Shown here piece after piece: positions 49,900 through 61,623 of a stretch of 64,000 bases of DNA. The notes beneath the pieces are model-generated. The model was not told the DNA's origin and ran no database searches. It worked only from the letters and a program-made list of their open reading frames with translations. The translations under genes and the position numbers were made by a program. How positions within the stretch are numbered: the stretch's first letter is position 1; every line of letters begins with the position of its first letter. The stretch is from Macrostomum lignano (taxonomy: Eukaryota), in NCBI GenBank assembly GCA_002269645.1, contig NIVC01001511.1:248001-312000 (forward strand), given 5' to 3'.

Positions 49900-50330
49900 T
49901 AGTACATTTCCTGAAAGGACGTCAAAGAGCACAACATCAAACGGAATGGGGTCCAGAACAAGACACTACTTTCAACAGCATCAAAGCATGCAGCGAATCA
50001 GCTCAACGGGAAAGCTCGCGTACTTTGGCACAGGGCAAGAAACACAGCTGCGAGTAGACGCCAGTCTTGTCGGTCTCGGTGCGATCTTGGTTCAATAGCA
50101 GAAAGATGGAAATCTACAGCCAGTTTGCTATGCCAGTAGAACTTGATACAGCAAAATCGAGCGAGAAGCATTGGCAATAAAATGAGGATGCGAGAAATTT
50201 TCTCACTTTCTTTAAGGATCAGCCGAATTCAGGATAATAATGGATCATAAACCTCTACTCGGATGTTTTGAATCAAACTCAAAACCAGCTATCAAGAATT
50301 GATCGTTGGGCAATGTGGAGTTGTCGTGTG
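49900..50330 (+). pseudogene. Degenerate Gypsy connection/RNase H fragment
   Basis: EWGPEQDTTFNSIK, LAYF..TQLRVDASLVGLGAILVQ, QPVCYASRT, YSKIEREALAI, DHKPLL across stops and frameshifts. Confidence 0.8.
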
Positions 50331-50439
50331 GCGGCTGACCTCCCAACTTTTGCTTTGTCAGCGGTGTCGCTCTCACCTGCTCAATTTTTGCGCGATGCCC
50401 GCTGCTGAGCTAGTTGACAATAATCCAGCTGTCTGCATT

Positions 50440-50810
50440 TTCATCAAGAGTGCGGCGGATTCGAGGGCGGGCGGCTCGTTTGATTGAGTTGTCTCTGGCG
50501 GAGTCGACACGGCTGACCTACGAATCTGTCTGGCGAGCCTGGTGTTGTTTCTGTCAAATGCTCAACGAACAACCTGAGCAGCCCACGGTGGAGCTTCTCG
50601 TAGAGTCTCGTACGAGTACTCTACCTCTCCTAGCTATATCTCTCTTTGTCTGCTTTAGCTTAAAACTGTACAACTAAGCAGCCGCTACGACTGGGGGATT
50701 TGATGCACATTCGCCATCAGCTGCCGTTGTCAGATCCAGCAGATGCCTCTCTGTGGGCTCTCCTGCTCCTAGGCTGGTTCGGCATGCTTCGCTTTAATAA
50801 TCTGTGTTCA
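50440..50810 (+). pseudogene. Tyrosine recombinase fragment of a DIRS/Ngaro-type retrotransposon
   Basis: SLAESTRLTYESVWRAWCCFC (SAM-like N-terminus) and ASLWALLLLGWFGMLRFNNL (F.G.LR catalytic Arg box); rest deleted. Confidence 0.7.
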
Positions 50811-52516
50811 ATCTGTTGTGGACAAGCTCTGCTATTTGTTTATGCTTTGTACAAGTGCAAGTGCACATGTGCTTATGTAGCTACGCTTGTATATGCAGCT
50901 GGGAAGCTGTCTATGGTGCTGACGGCCCTTTCTTGGGTACAGGCCCTTGGAAGCGACGTGAGGCAAAAAGCCCATGGGAAATAAAATAATAAGAAAAGAA
51001 AATAACCAGAGCTGACGCTACGAGCAGACCAAAGTCGGCTGCATTTTTTTTCCACTAAACCTCCGCCTTTTATTTGTTGGCTAAATACACAACACAATCA
51101 ATAATGTTCGCTTCAATAATCGGGGTGAAAAAGAACCATATATTTACGTTTTACGAAAACATTCGTTTTTATCGAACCTATGTTTTCATTCTGTAGCATC
51201 CGGTTTCCGTAATGAATTCCAGGAATGCTCTTTAGTTCAGAGTTTTGCGCGAGCGTATATATTTCTTCCTTTTTCCTTTTTCTTCAAGGCAGCTCGCAGC
51301 TCAGTACTTAAAAGAAAGTGTCAGAGCAGAATCATAACAAAATAAGTCTATGGCCGAAAAGAGAGACACACGTAGGATCATATACCACATATGTCACCCC
51401 TTTGAAAAAAATCGTTAACTCCCTGTACGTTTTTTTAGATCGCATTTTCCGCGATAAAATAGTATTCAGATCACGGTTCCTCGAGGCCTCAATCGCGTTT
51501 CAGTTAGTGGCACGTCCTCATGCTGATAGCGACGTCGACGTGCTAACGGCTTGATGATCTTGGTAGCTTGATCCGGTTGTGGAACAGGTTGACATTTGTC
51601 CAACTGTGTTGCCTTTTCTCCGGGTTGAGGCTTGCCGATTAAATGTTCCAGTACCTCGTCCTTGATCGTCTGCGGTTGCTCTGCAGCACTAGCAGGCAGT
51701 ACGAGTATGTGATCCACATGTCGCTTCCAGACCATGGGGCCCACCTTCACTAGATATGACAGCGGGGCTCGGCGTCGAAGGATTTTTCCCGCAGCCCATT
51801 TGTCCTCCGCTTGTCTTCTAAAGTCCAACATTAGCACATTGTCGCCTCGCTTGAACTCTGATCTTCGGACTGGCCTTGCGTCATGTTGCATTTTCTGTTG
51901 ATGCTGCTTCTCGGCGACTCGCTGGTCCGTGTCTGGATGCAGTATGCTGAGTTTGATTCGTATTGAGTATTTGAGCATCATTTCAGCAGCTAGGAGACTT
52001 CCCAGTAGTAGAATGGGGCGTCATGCGGTATCGTGCCAAGAAGGCATTAATGTTTTCTATAGCATCATGGCTTCTCTTCATCTCAGCCCTTAAAGCTCGC
52101 TTTGCTGTTTGCACCATCCGTTCGGCTTGCCCATTTGAGCTTGGATGCCAAATTGATGTTAGAACTTGTACAATTCCGCGACTTCTTAAGTAGTCCTTGA
52201 ACTCCTTTGCAGTAAATTGGGATCCGTTGTCTGTAAGGATCTGCTTCGGATATCCGTAACGAGCGAACGTCTCTTGGAGTCTGTTGATGGTGTTATAAGT
52301 GGTCGCCGATCTCATTGGGAAGATTTCCACCCATTTTGCTGTGGCGTCCACGAGCAACAGCCAAGTATATCCGTAGCATGGGCCAAAAAAGTCTAAGTGC
52401 AGTCGATTGCATGGCTTCTCTGGCCAATTGAGAGGCTGTAGCGGTGCTTGTGCAGGCAGGTTGCGTTGCGATTAACATCCTGTAGATATAGCCAGGCAAT
52501 TTTCTATATCATTATC

Positions 52517-55500
52517 TGTTGCACATTATAGCCCTAAAGTATAAAGGGCACTTTTATTTACAAAGTAATTGTATACTTGATTTATTTCAAGTGCCATAGA
52601 CGACTCACGGCTGCCTACGCTGCCCAACTACGGGCCGGGGAGCCGTCGATTAATAAGGCACAAATAAAATAGAAGAAAAGTCCAACAGAAAGGACACCGA
52701 TAAAATGGACTCAGTTCAGCCCTTACAAAACAAACGGACCTCGACTTCATCTCCGTCAACCTGCATAAAGACATTATGCTTGCGTCGCAAGCATAAGAAT
52801 GAGCAAGGACACCGGCACTACAAGTTCGCAAGTAAAATCGCCTGCTGCAAAGTCACCTGCTATGGGAGCTGCTAAAACAGCGTCTAAGGATCCATCTAAA
52901 GGGAAAACACCATCCAAGTCACCGGTTCGAGACACCATCAACGTACATCAGCAGTTGGCTGGCTACCAGTTTAATGACGACTCTTTAATCGCGCTACGAC
53001 TCAAATGGCAGACATTGAAAAGCTGGAAGATGGCAGAATGTTTCAGCAGCGTTGGCTAGACCGCTTCTTAATCGCTTCTCGATTGTACAGATGGACTAGA
53101 GACGACATGGCGCAGGTTCTGCTAATGAGACTTTCTCCAGCATTGTATGACAGTCTCGCCGACCACCTGTCCTCGGATGGGCCTAGCTCGAAGAACTTTG
53201 AACAACTGGAAAAAGCTCTAAAGGAGATTTTGCAACCACAAACCTACGCACTGGCTGAGCGTTTCACCTTTCAAAGCCTGAAACGTGAACCGATGGAATC
53301 TGTTAGATTATTTGCTGAGCGCTTGCTGAAAGCATCAGACAGGTGCCTGTTTTCCAATAGAGAGGAGCGCTTTCGAGATCAGTTAATTTTTGGCTTAAAT
53401 GACAAGGCGATAATAGCCAAGCTGCTAGTGAAGGATCATGAAGATCTCACCTTCAAAATGGCAGTCTCAGAAGCCGCAGCGATTCTAGCTCTATAAGACA
53501 CTAAAATACTGCAATCTGCCGCAGCACCTCGATCTGAGCAGATCATGAAAGTGGGGAAGCAAGCATCGCTGAAATCGAGGAGGCCGGCTGACAGGAAGTC
53601 CACTGCATCTAACTTCGCAAGCAGTTTCCGTTGCACGAGGTGTGGCGGCGGTCACAAGAACAAGTCCAAGTGCCCAGCCATCGGCAAGATTTGTCGTAAA
53701 TGCGGGAAGACAAACCACTTCGAAAAGCAGTGCAAATCGAAAGTCGAGAGTCAACACCATTTAGCTCAAATAGAAGACGCTCTAGCGGCTGACGTTTTGG
53801 CAGTTGTGAACTGCTTGGCATCCAGTGGAAGGTCGTGTCCGACCATCCAGCTGTTGTGCTTCATAAATGGTCAGAGCAGACAGATTCAGTGCCAAATTGA
53901 TACAGGAGCTACTGTGTCTGTCATGTCGAGCAATCTCTGGAGAAGCCTGGGTAGGCCGCAGCTACAACCTAGCAAGGCTGTGCTGGTCGGCTACACTGAT
54001 GACCACAAGTTCAAACTTCTAGGTCAACTTGAGCTACAGGCTGTCTGGAGCGGTGGTCCGATTAGCGTCACGTTCCACGTCGTGGCATCCAATCGAAGCT
54101 TCGCCTTACTGGGGCGAGATGTGGTGCACGTTGACCTGGAGGCAATATCAATTGGGCACTCACATGTGCTGGATTCCGGACAGGAGTTGCCCCCGATTGA
54201 TGCCCAAATAAGGTTCATGGCACACTTACAGCTCAAGGATGACGCCACACCAAGGTACATTAAAGCACGCCCGGTCCCGTTTGCTTTAAAGGACAAGCTT
54301 CGATCTGAATTGGACGAGCTCCTAAAGGACGGAATCATCGAACCAGTGAAGTTCTCAAACTGGGCGTCACCAATTGTGCTCATCCAAAAGCTGGAAGGCG
54401 GTGTTAGACTGTGTGTGGATTACAAGCAAACGGTAAATCCCCAGCTTGTCAACGACAGCTACCCGTCACCGACTCCAGAGGAGGCTTTTTCAGCTGTCAC
54501 GGGTTGTAAAGTCTACTCTATCTTGGATTTAAAAAAGGCCTATTATCAAAGAGTTAGATGAAGCATCAAAGGAGCTAACAGTTATGGCCACTCCGTTCGG
54601 AAATTTCCGCTACAATCGTTTAGTTTTCGGAATCAAAACAGCGCCAAGTGTTTTTCAGTGGTTTATCTCTGAGGTGATTCAAAAAATTCCAGGAGCCGTG
54701 GCATATGTCGATGAAATATTGATTGGTGGCCTGACAAAGCAAGAACTGCAAAAACGAGAGTCAGCGGTCAGGACCCAGTTGGCACGTTATGAGCTCAAGA
54801 TCAACGAGTCGAAATACCAAATAGCTAAAGACCGTGTGCGATTTCTTGGATTTGTCTTAGAAGCTGGCACAATTAAGCCAAGTGAGGAGAAAGTACGAGC
54901 CATTCGGGAGATGGCAGCTCCTAAAAACATCGCTGAATTAGAATCGTTCATTGGAATGGTGAAATTCTCAGGCCGTTTTATTAGAAATCTGGCTGACCTG
55001 ATCGAGCCGCTGTCAAAGCTGCGACGCAATGGTAGCGAGTTCATGTGGACTGGCGCACAAGAGACAGCGTTCAAGAAAATCAAAGCTGCTCTGTCTAAAG
55101 AAACCATGCTGGCGACCTATAACCCCAAGAAGCATCTAGAGCTTGAGTGCGATGCGTCTCCGGTTGCGATTGGAGCAGCGCTCAGTCAAGATGGGTTGCC
55201 AATCACATTCATCAGCAAGGTTCTGTCACCGGCAGAAAGAAAGTATTCCCAGATAGAGCGAGAAGCTCTAGCTATAGTGTGGGCGGTGAGGCGTTGCCAC
55301 AGATTCCTTTTCGGACGCGAGTTTTCGCTTGTTACGGATCATCGGCCGCTCACGTTCATCTTCGGCCACGATAGCCAGCTGCCAGAGCGCGTGTCCGCAA
55401 GGCTCCAGAGGTGGGCCATCACGCTATCTGGGTATGGCTACACCATCAGCTACAGAAAATCAGCTGAGATGAGGTCCGACGCGCTATCAAGACTGGTTAT

Positions 55501-57167
55501 GTGTACCAACACAGCTACAACACATCACGTTGGACATGTGCCTGTTTGCGAAGGATCTCTGTTACATTGGCAGGAGCTAAATTCACACACAGAGAAGTGC
55601 CAAGAGCTAAAAAAACTGATTGACGCTATACGGACAGGATGCTTCCGTGCTAAGGAGGTCAAAGCATATAAGCCAATCGCGGATGAACTTTCTGTCGAAA
55701 ACGGTTTAGTGATTCGAGGAAACAAGCTGGTTGTTCCACTGTCGATAAGAAGTAAAGCTATTTCAGCTGCGCACTGTGTGCACCTCGGCATAGCGCGGAC
55801 TAAGTCTTTACTTCGGGAAAATTATTGGTGGCCTGGCATCGATAAGATGGTAGAGCTAGTACGAGCTAGTTGGAAGTTGCAGCGTGTGCAGAATGGCAAA
55901 ACCGAGAAACAAGAATTTTAGAGCACCTTGGCCAGAGCCGGAAGGACCATGGACTAGAGTGCATATGGATTTCGCAGGGTCAATTGATGGAAGTTATCTT
56001 CTAATCCTGATTGATGCATTCTCGGGCTATCCTGAGGTACACCTGACGAAAGACATGCGATCATCTACGGTTGTCAGTAGGCTGCGACGAACGTTCTCTC
56101 AACTAGGAGTACCGAACCAACTGGTAACAGATAACGGCCCGAGTTTTGTCAGCGAAGAGACACGCCAATGGCTGGCCAGGGTAGGTGGCAACTTGATCAC
56201 GACGCCCGCGTACCACCCGCAAAGCAACGGGCTGGCGGAACGTTTCGTTCGGACGATAAAAGAGGCCATTCGAGCAAACGGACTTAGCCAAACCGTCATA
56301 GATCGCTACTTGCTGTTCTACCGAGCATCGGGTGACAAGTCTAGAGCATCACCCGCAGAGCTGATGTTTGGCAGAAAGATTCGAGCACCTTTGCTCACCG
56401 GCAATACCACCTGGGCACCTGGAGAACACCTCATCTACAGGGCAGGGCAACGAGTTCAAGAAGCTTCGCTTGTCTGTCCTACGGGAGCAAATACGGCTAC
56501 AATCAAAGTGGGGCCTGATCAGTACAAAAAAAGCTCACTTGGACCAGCTACAGAGGCACAGTCCCAAGCAGATCCACCGAGAAATTGAAGAGCTCGAGAC
56601 CGACGCCACGGCAGACCGAGCCACCGAGAAAGGGGCATCGGATAGCAGTCAAGGCGCCGGCAGAATCTCGAGCGCAGCTTCTCAAGCCGATATTTCAAAG
56701 CAACTACCACCCATTGACGACTTCGGAGAAACCACCCCTGATGAACATCGGGAGTTATCAGCGCCCAGTCCGCTAGCGACGTCTAACGAGCCAGGTCTGA
56801 GGAGAAGTCAGCGTTTGTGCAATAAGCCATGCATTAACTACAAGGAATGAACTTTGTGCACTCGTTTGAACCGTTGACACGATAAGTTCATTTTGTAAAA
56901 GAAGGGAGGTGTTGCATATTATAGCCCTAAAGTATAAAGGGCACTTTTATTTACCAAGTAATTGTATACTTGATTTATTTCAAGTACCATAGACGACTCA
57001 CGGCTGCCTACGCACTACGGGCCGGGGAGCCGTCGATTAATAAGGCACAAATAAAATAAAGGAAAAAAGTCCATCAGAAAGGACACCGAGAAAAGGGACT
57101 CAGTTCACTCCTTGCTAAACAAACAGACCTCGACTTCATTTCCGTCAACCTGCATAAAGACATAACA
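52517..57167 (+). mobile_element. Nested full-length Gypsy element 1 (Mag-like), decayed
   Basis: LTRs 52517-52773 and 56910-57167 (TG...CA), 5-bp TSD TTATC (52512-52516 and 57168-57172), PPT 56897-56909. Gag-pol split by frameshifts and stops (about 53040, 53494, 54560, 55880); RT motif reads YVDE. Confidence 0.95.
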
Positions 57168-57600
57168 TTATCAATGCCTGGGTACCATAAGTGCATCTTG
57201 CCCGCGACTTCACGCCCACAATTCCGGAGTGTCCTTCATGCAGCAGCTGCAGAATCTGACTTCTTGACACTGATGGAATTATTAGCCGAATTCCCCCAGA
57301 ATAGAACTCCGGCTATGAAATGGCTTTAACTCTGCCTCCACTGATTCTGGCCAACCAGCTCTGCAGTAGCGAAGAACTCGCGACAGTAAGGGGTCATTCG
57401 AAGTGGCTCTTGTTATGACTTCTTCTCTAGCGGAAGACAGTGAGTCAAGATCAACAAGGTCAACTTAAAAGTTGCACTCTTAGCAGAGCGTCTTATTTCA
57501 TGTTCGTAACTTTTTTTTTATTTTCCAAGCTTGAAGCATCGCTTCTTTAGCTTATGGCTGGGTGTGTGTGCGACGGAGTCGTCTATGGCCACACCCAACA

Positions 57601-57611
57601 TCTCCCCTCTT
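57601..57611 (-). promoter_or_regulatory. Polypurine tract of element 2
   Basis: AAGAGGGGAGA immediately before the 3' LTR. Confidence 0.9.
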
Positions 57612-57657
57612 ACAATGGCAAAGAAATTTTTTTTAAGTTAATGCGGGGGAACAAATT

Positions 57658-60600
57658 TTAGCACTTATAGTTAACTTTGGGTTTCTCCGAAAGTCGCATG
57701 CTTCTCCTGGGTTCAATAGTATCCTCGGGAACCTCAGGGATCGGAGGTGTACGCAGCCCCTCTTTTTGTGGAGGCTCCTCTTCTTGTTTTCTCCCTGCCG
57801 CGTGCTCGCCAGCTCCGGGTGGCATTCTGTCGGTTTCTGTGGGCTCCTCGCCGGTTAGACTGTACGGATGTAGCTGATCCAAGTGAACCTTCCGATACTT
57901 TGAGTTCGGTTCATCTGTCTTGATCATGGCCATGCTCCTTCCGATAGGCAAAAGCAGTTTTGCAGTGATTGGCTTGTCTCTCTCATTTTTGTAGATAACT
58001 GGATCCTCCAGTCCAACTTGCCTCTTGGTAAACGGAACCCTGAGCTTGTGCCCCAGCAGCTGTTCCGCTGGTGACGATCCCGCTTTGTTGTCTGATGCGC
58101 GATAAAACAGCAAGAAGCGGTCAACAGACTCTTGACTGAAGCCATTTGCTTTGATGCTTTCTTTTAGCGTGCGTACGAAACGCTCTGCAACCCCATTACT
58201 TTGTGGGTGATAAGCTGCAATAGTTAGGTGCTCACAGTCAATTCCTGCCAACCACTCCGTAAACTCCTTGCTGATAAAGCATGGTCCGTTATCTGACACA
58301 AGTGTCCTTGGAATTCCAAGCTGAGAAAACGTCCTCCTGAGACACTGAATGACCGTTCGAGAAGTCATATCTTTGGTGACGTGGACTTCAGGATACCCGC
58401 TGTACGAATCTACCAGAACGAGCATGTAGTGGTTGTCGATCGGTCCTGCAAAGTCGATATGAACACGATCCCAAGGACCCGCAGCTTCAGGCCAACTGGA
58501 GCGAAAATTCCTATTTTGCGGTTTTGCGGTCCTACAGATCTGGCACAAACCGACTGTCCGTTCGATATCGCTGTCCATGGCTGGCCACCAAAACTCCGCA
58601 CGAGCCAAGGACTTGGTGCGGGACATTCCCAAATGAACTTCGTGCACTGCTGCAATCGCTTTCATGCGTAAGGATTTTGGAATAACGATCCTGTGGCCTC
58701 GAAGAATAACATCGTCCTGAACGCAAAGTTCTTCTCGCACATTTTTGAAAGGTCGCAGCCTAGGGTGTTTGAAGCTTCCTGTCTTTATAGCGCTCTTCAG
58801 CAAGCGCATTTCGTTACACCGCTTAGTTGCTAGCCTGATTTCTTCCAGAGACACTGTAGTTGAAACCGTGTGAATGTTACCAATCTCTAGCGTTTCACCG
58901 CTTCTTCCTTGCGGAACCAATCTTGAGAGCGCGTCAGATGCCATAGCTTTAGATTTACGATACTCGATCTCGTAATCGTACGCCGTGAGAAATATCGCCC
59001 ATCTCTGCAGCCTTGCGGACACTCTCGATGGTAGCTCTTTGTCACAGGCTAAGATGTAAACGAGAGGTCGATGGTCGGTTATTAGCTTAAATTTTCTACC
59101 ACAGAGAAAACGATGACATCTTCTAACACCCCATATTATCGCAAGCGCTTCTCGCTCTATTTGCGAATAATTTCGCTCCGATGATGACAAAAGTTTGCTG
59201 ATGTACAAGGCAGGACGTCCTTGCTGACTCAGGACACCACCAAGGGCAATCTGCGAAGCGTCTACTTCGAGCTCAACCGGTAGCTTTGGGTCGTACGCAT
59301 GCAAAGCAGCGTCTTCTGAAAGTGATTTCTGGATGTTTCTGAACGCATCTTGTTCTTTTGTGCCCCAACGAAACTCCACACCTTTGCGCTTCAGGTGCAC
59401 CAACGGAGCCGATTTTCCAGAAAGGTTTGGAATGAATCGCGAGCAGAACGTAATCAGTCCGAGGAAGGATTCTAACTCGGAAAGATTCTTCGGAGTTTCC
59501 ATTTCTTTGATCGCCCGCACTTTCTCTCCATCAGGATAAATGCGACCGCTGTCCAGAATATGACCCAAAAACCGGACTCGAGATAAGTTCCGTTGGCATT
59601 TCTGATCATTTACCTTTAGCCCTTCCGATGCTAGACGGTAAAGTACTTGTTCTTCGCGTCCTTTCAACTCTGACTCATCGCTTCCACCAATTAATATATC
59701 GTCCATGTACGCTATTGTTCCGGGAATACCTTGGATCACTTGCGATATATACCGTTGGAAAATACTCGGAGCCGTTTTTATTCCAAACACAAGTTTATTG
59801 TACTTAAAATTTCCAAATGGTGTCGACATCACGGTTAGCGGTTTAGATGCATCGTCCAGCTCTACTTGGTTGTACGCTTTCTCTAGATCGATGATACTGT
59901 ACCGAAAACATCCCGCCACTGTTGAGAACGCTTCCTCTGGGGTCGGTGTCGGGTAGCTATCCGGGACCAGCTGTGGATTAAGCGTACTCTTATAGTCCAC
60001 ACATAGCCTGATACTGCCGTTGGGCTTGCCGACTACCACGACTGGAGACGCCCATTCCGAGAATTTCACAGCTTCGATTATACCCTCATCAAGTAAGCGA
60101 TCCAATTCCTTTTTTACTGCTTCACGTTGAGCAAATGGTAACGGTCTTGCTTTTACATACTTGGGTACTGCTCCGTCTTTAAGTTCCAAATGAGCTTTCA
60201 TTGTAGTTGCACTTGCTGCCAGAGATGCCATATCCATGGAGACTTCCCCATTATGTCCTGTGTCCAGCTGTACACAGAGAACATCTCGCCCCAGCAAGGC
60301 ATAGCTCTTGCTGCCTTTCACTACCTCAAAGTCGATGCGCTGATATTTTCCATTCAGTTCTACCACAGCTTCGTATCGACCTAATACCGTGAACTTGTGA
60401 TCACTTACATAGCCACCCAGTTGTGTATTTGAGTTCTTAAGAGCTGGTCGACCCAACTGTTTCCAGAGGGATTCTGACATTATGGACACACCCGCTCCAG
60501 TATCCAGCTCGCATGTCAGCGCGTATCTCTTTTGCCCTTCTAGTACGGACACTGTGATGGAGATAGGCTTTCGGTGATCCCGATCTGGGCAGCAACTTTG

Positions 60601-61575
60601 CACTTCAGCGACAAATACCTCGGAATTTTCTTGAACATGTTTTACTGTTGATTTACTCGTGCCACCGGTCTTTCTATGTGAAAACTCAGAGCCTCTGCAG
60701 GCTTTGGCAAAATGATTAGCCTTGCCACACCGGTTGCAGGTCTTACCATACGCTGGGCATTTAAACTTTTCATGATTGCCGCCACACTTCTTGCACAGCC
60801 GATCCGCCACTGCCGGAGTTTTGAAATCCTTCGACTTGGACCCTGGTTTCCGCGTTGAGACTTTCAGAACTGTTCCAGAATCTGATTTCGGAGCTGTCTT
60901 CATTATCTGCGTTTCCAGCAAACTTGAATGGGCTTCTGCTTCTGCTACCGCCTCTTTAAATGTGAGTGTTTTATGATCCTTGATGATCAGCTTTCCAACT
61001 ATGGCTTGACTGCCAAGACCGCATATGAATTGGTCACGCATTCTCACATCTCTGTTTTCAAACTCACATTTCTCAGATGCTTTTATTAGTCTTTCTGCAA
61101 AAGCTCTTACCGGCTCATTGGGTTCACGGCCAATTTTTTGAAATGTAAATCTTTCGGCCAACACATATGTCGTGGGTATTAACAGTTCTTGTAGTGCTCC
61201 TGTTAGTTCCTCAAACGACATCTTGCCAGGCTTCTTTGGAGACACATAGTCCGCTAGCTTATTGTAGAGAGCAGGTGACATTCGCATCAGCAGGACATGA
61301 GCTCGTGCAGATGCGTCCCAGTTAAATAAGGTGGCTCCGATCTCAAAACGGTCGAGCCAACGATCCAGAATGGTTGACTCCTCCAACCTTTCAATCTCAG
61401 ACATACCTGAGGTTTGCCGACTGCTCTGAGTGGCGTTCTGGGCTTGAGCATCCCTTTCAGTTGCTTGGGACTGTGACCGGTTTTGAGAACCTCCTCCATT
61501 ACGGCTTGGAGAGATCCCAGCAGACTTGGCCGCTGACTTCGTCGGATCTGCAGACTTCGTCGGATCCTTGCTCAT
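57658..61575 (-). CDS. Intact single-ORF Gag-Pol polyprotein, 1305 aa
   Basis: Double zinc knuckle, protease LDTGA, RT YMDD, RNase H VDAS/EREALA/TDHRPL/SDALSR, integrase HHCC and D,D35E, in Gypsy order. Confidence 0.98.
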   Translation of the reverse strand: MSKDPTKSADPTKSAAKSAGISPSRNGGGSQNRSQSQATERDAQAQNATQSSRQTSGMSEIERLEESTILDRWLDRFEIGATLFNWDASARAHVLLMRMSPALYNKLADYVSPKKPGKMSFEELTGALQELLIPTTYVLAERFTFQKIGREPNEPVRAFAERLIKASEKCEFENRDVRMRDQFICGLGSQAIVGKLIIKDHKTLTFKEAVAEAEAHSSLLETQIMKTAPKSDSGTVLKVSTRKPGSKSKDFKTPAVADRLCKKCGGNHEKFKCPAYGKTCNRCGKANHFAKACRGSEFSHRKTGGTSKSTVKHVQENSEVFVAEVQSCCPDRDHRKPISITVSVLEGQKRYALTCELDTGAGVSIMSESLWKQLGRPALKNSNTQLGGYVSDHKFTVLGRYEAVVELNGKYQRIDFEVVKGSKSYALLGRDVLCVQLDTGHNGEVSMDMASLAASATTMKAHLELKDGAVPKYVKARPLPFAQREAVKKELDRLLDEGIIEAVKFSEWASPVVVVGKPNGSIRLCVDYKSTLNPQLVPDSYPTPTPEEAFSTVAGCFRYSIIDLEKAYNQVELDDASKPLTVMSTPFGNFKYNKLVFGIKTAPSIFQRYISQVIQGIPGTIAYMDDILIGGSDESELKGREEQVLYRLASEGLKVNDQKCQRNLSRVRFLGHILDSGRIYPDGEKVRAIKEMETPKNLSELESFLGLITFCSRFIPNLSGKSAPLVHLKRKGVEFRWGTKEQDAFRNIQKSLSEDAALHAYDPKLPVELEVDASQIALGGVLSQQGRPALYISKLLSSSERNYSQIEREALAIIWGVRRCHRFLCGRKFKLITDHRPLVYILACDKELPSRVSARLQRWAIFLTAYDYEIEYRKSKAMASDALSRLVPQGRSGETLEIGNIHTVSTTVSLEEIRLATKRCNEMRLLKSAIKTGSFKHPRLRPFKNVREELCVQDDVILRGHRIVIPKSLRMKAIAAVHEVHLGMSRTKSLARAEFWWPAMDSDIERTVGLCQICRTAKPQNRNFRSSWPEAAGPWDRVHIDFAGPIDNHYMLVLVDSYSGYPEVHVTKDMTSRTVIQCLRRTFSQLGIPRTLVSDNGPCFISKEFTEWLAGIDCEHLTIAAYHPQSNGVAERFVRTLKESIKANGFSQESVDRFLLFYRASDNKAGSSPAEQLLGHKLRVPFTKRQVGLEDPVIYKNERDKPITAKLLLPIGRSMAMIKTDEPNSKYRKVHLDQLHPYSLTGEEPTETDRMPPGAGEHAAGRKQEEEPPQKEGLRTPPIPEVPEDTIEPRRSMRLSEKPKVNYKC

Positions 61576-61610
61576 TATGAGCTTGAACGTCTGACCGTCA
61601 GGTTACGATT

Positions 61611-61623
61611 GCTTGCGACGCCA
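61611..61623 (-). promoter_or_regulatory. Primer binding site of element 2 (probably tRNA-Ser)
   Basis: TGGCGTCGCAAGC one base after the 5' LTR end CATAACA; tRNA identity inferred from the TGGCGTC start. Confidence 0.8.
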
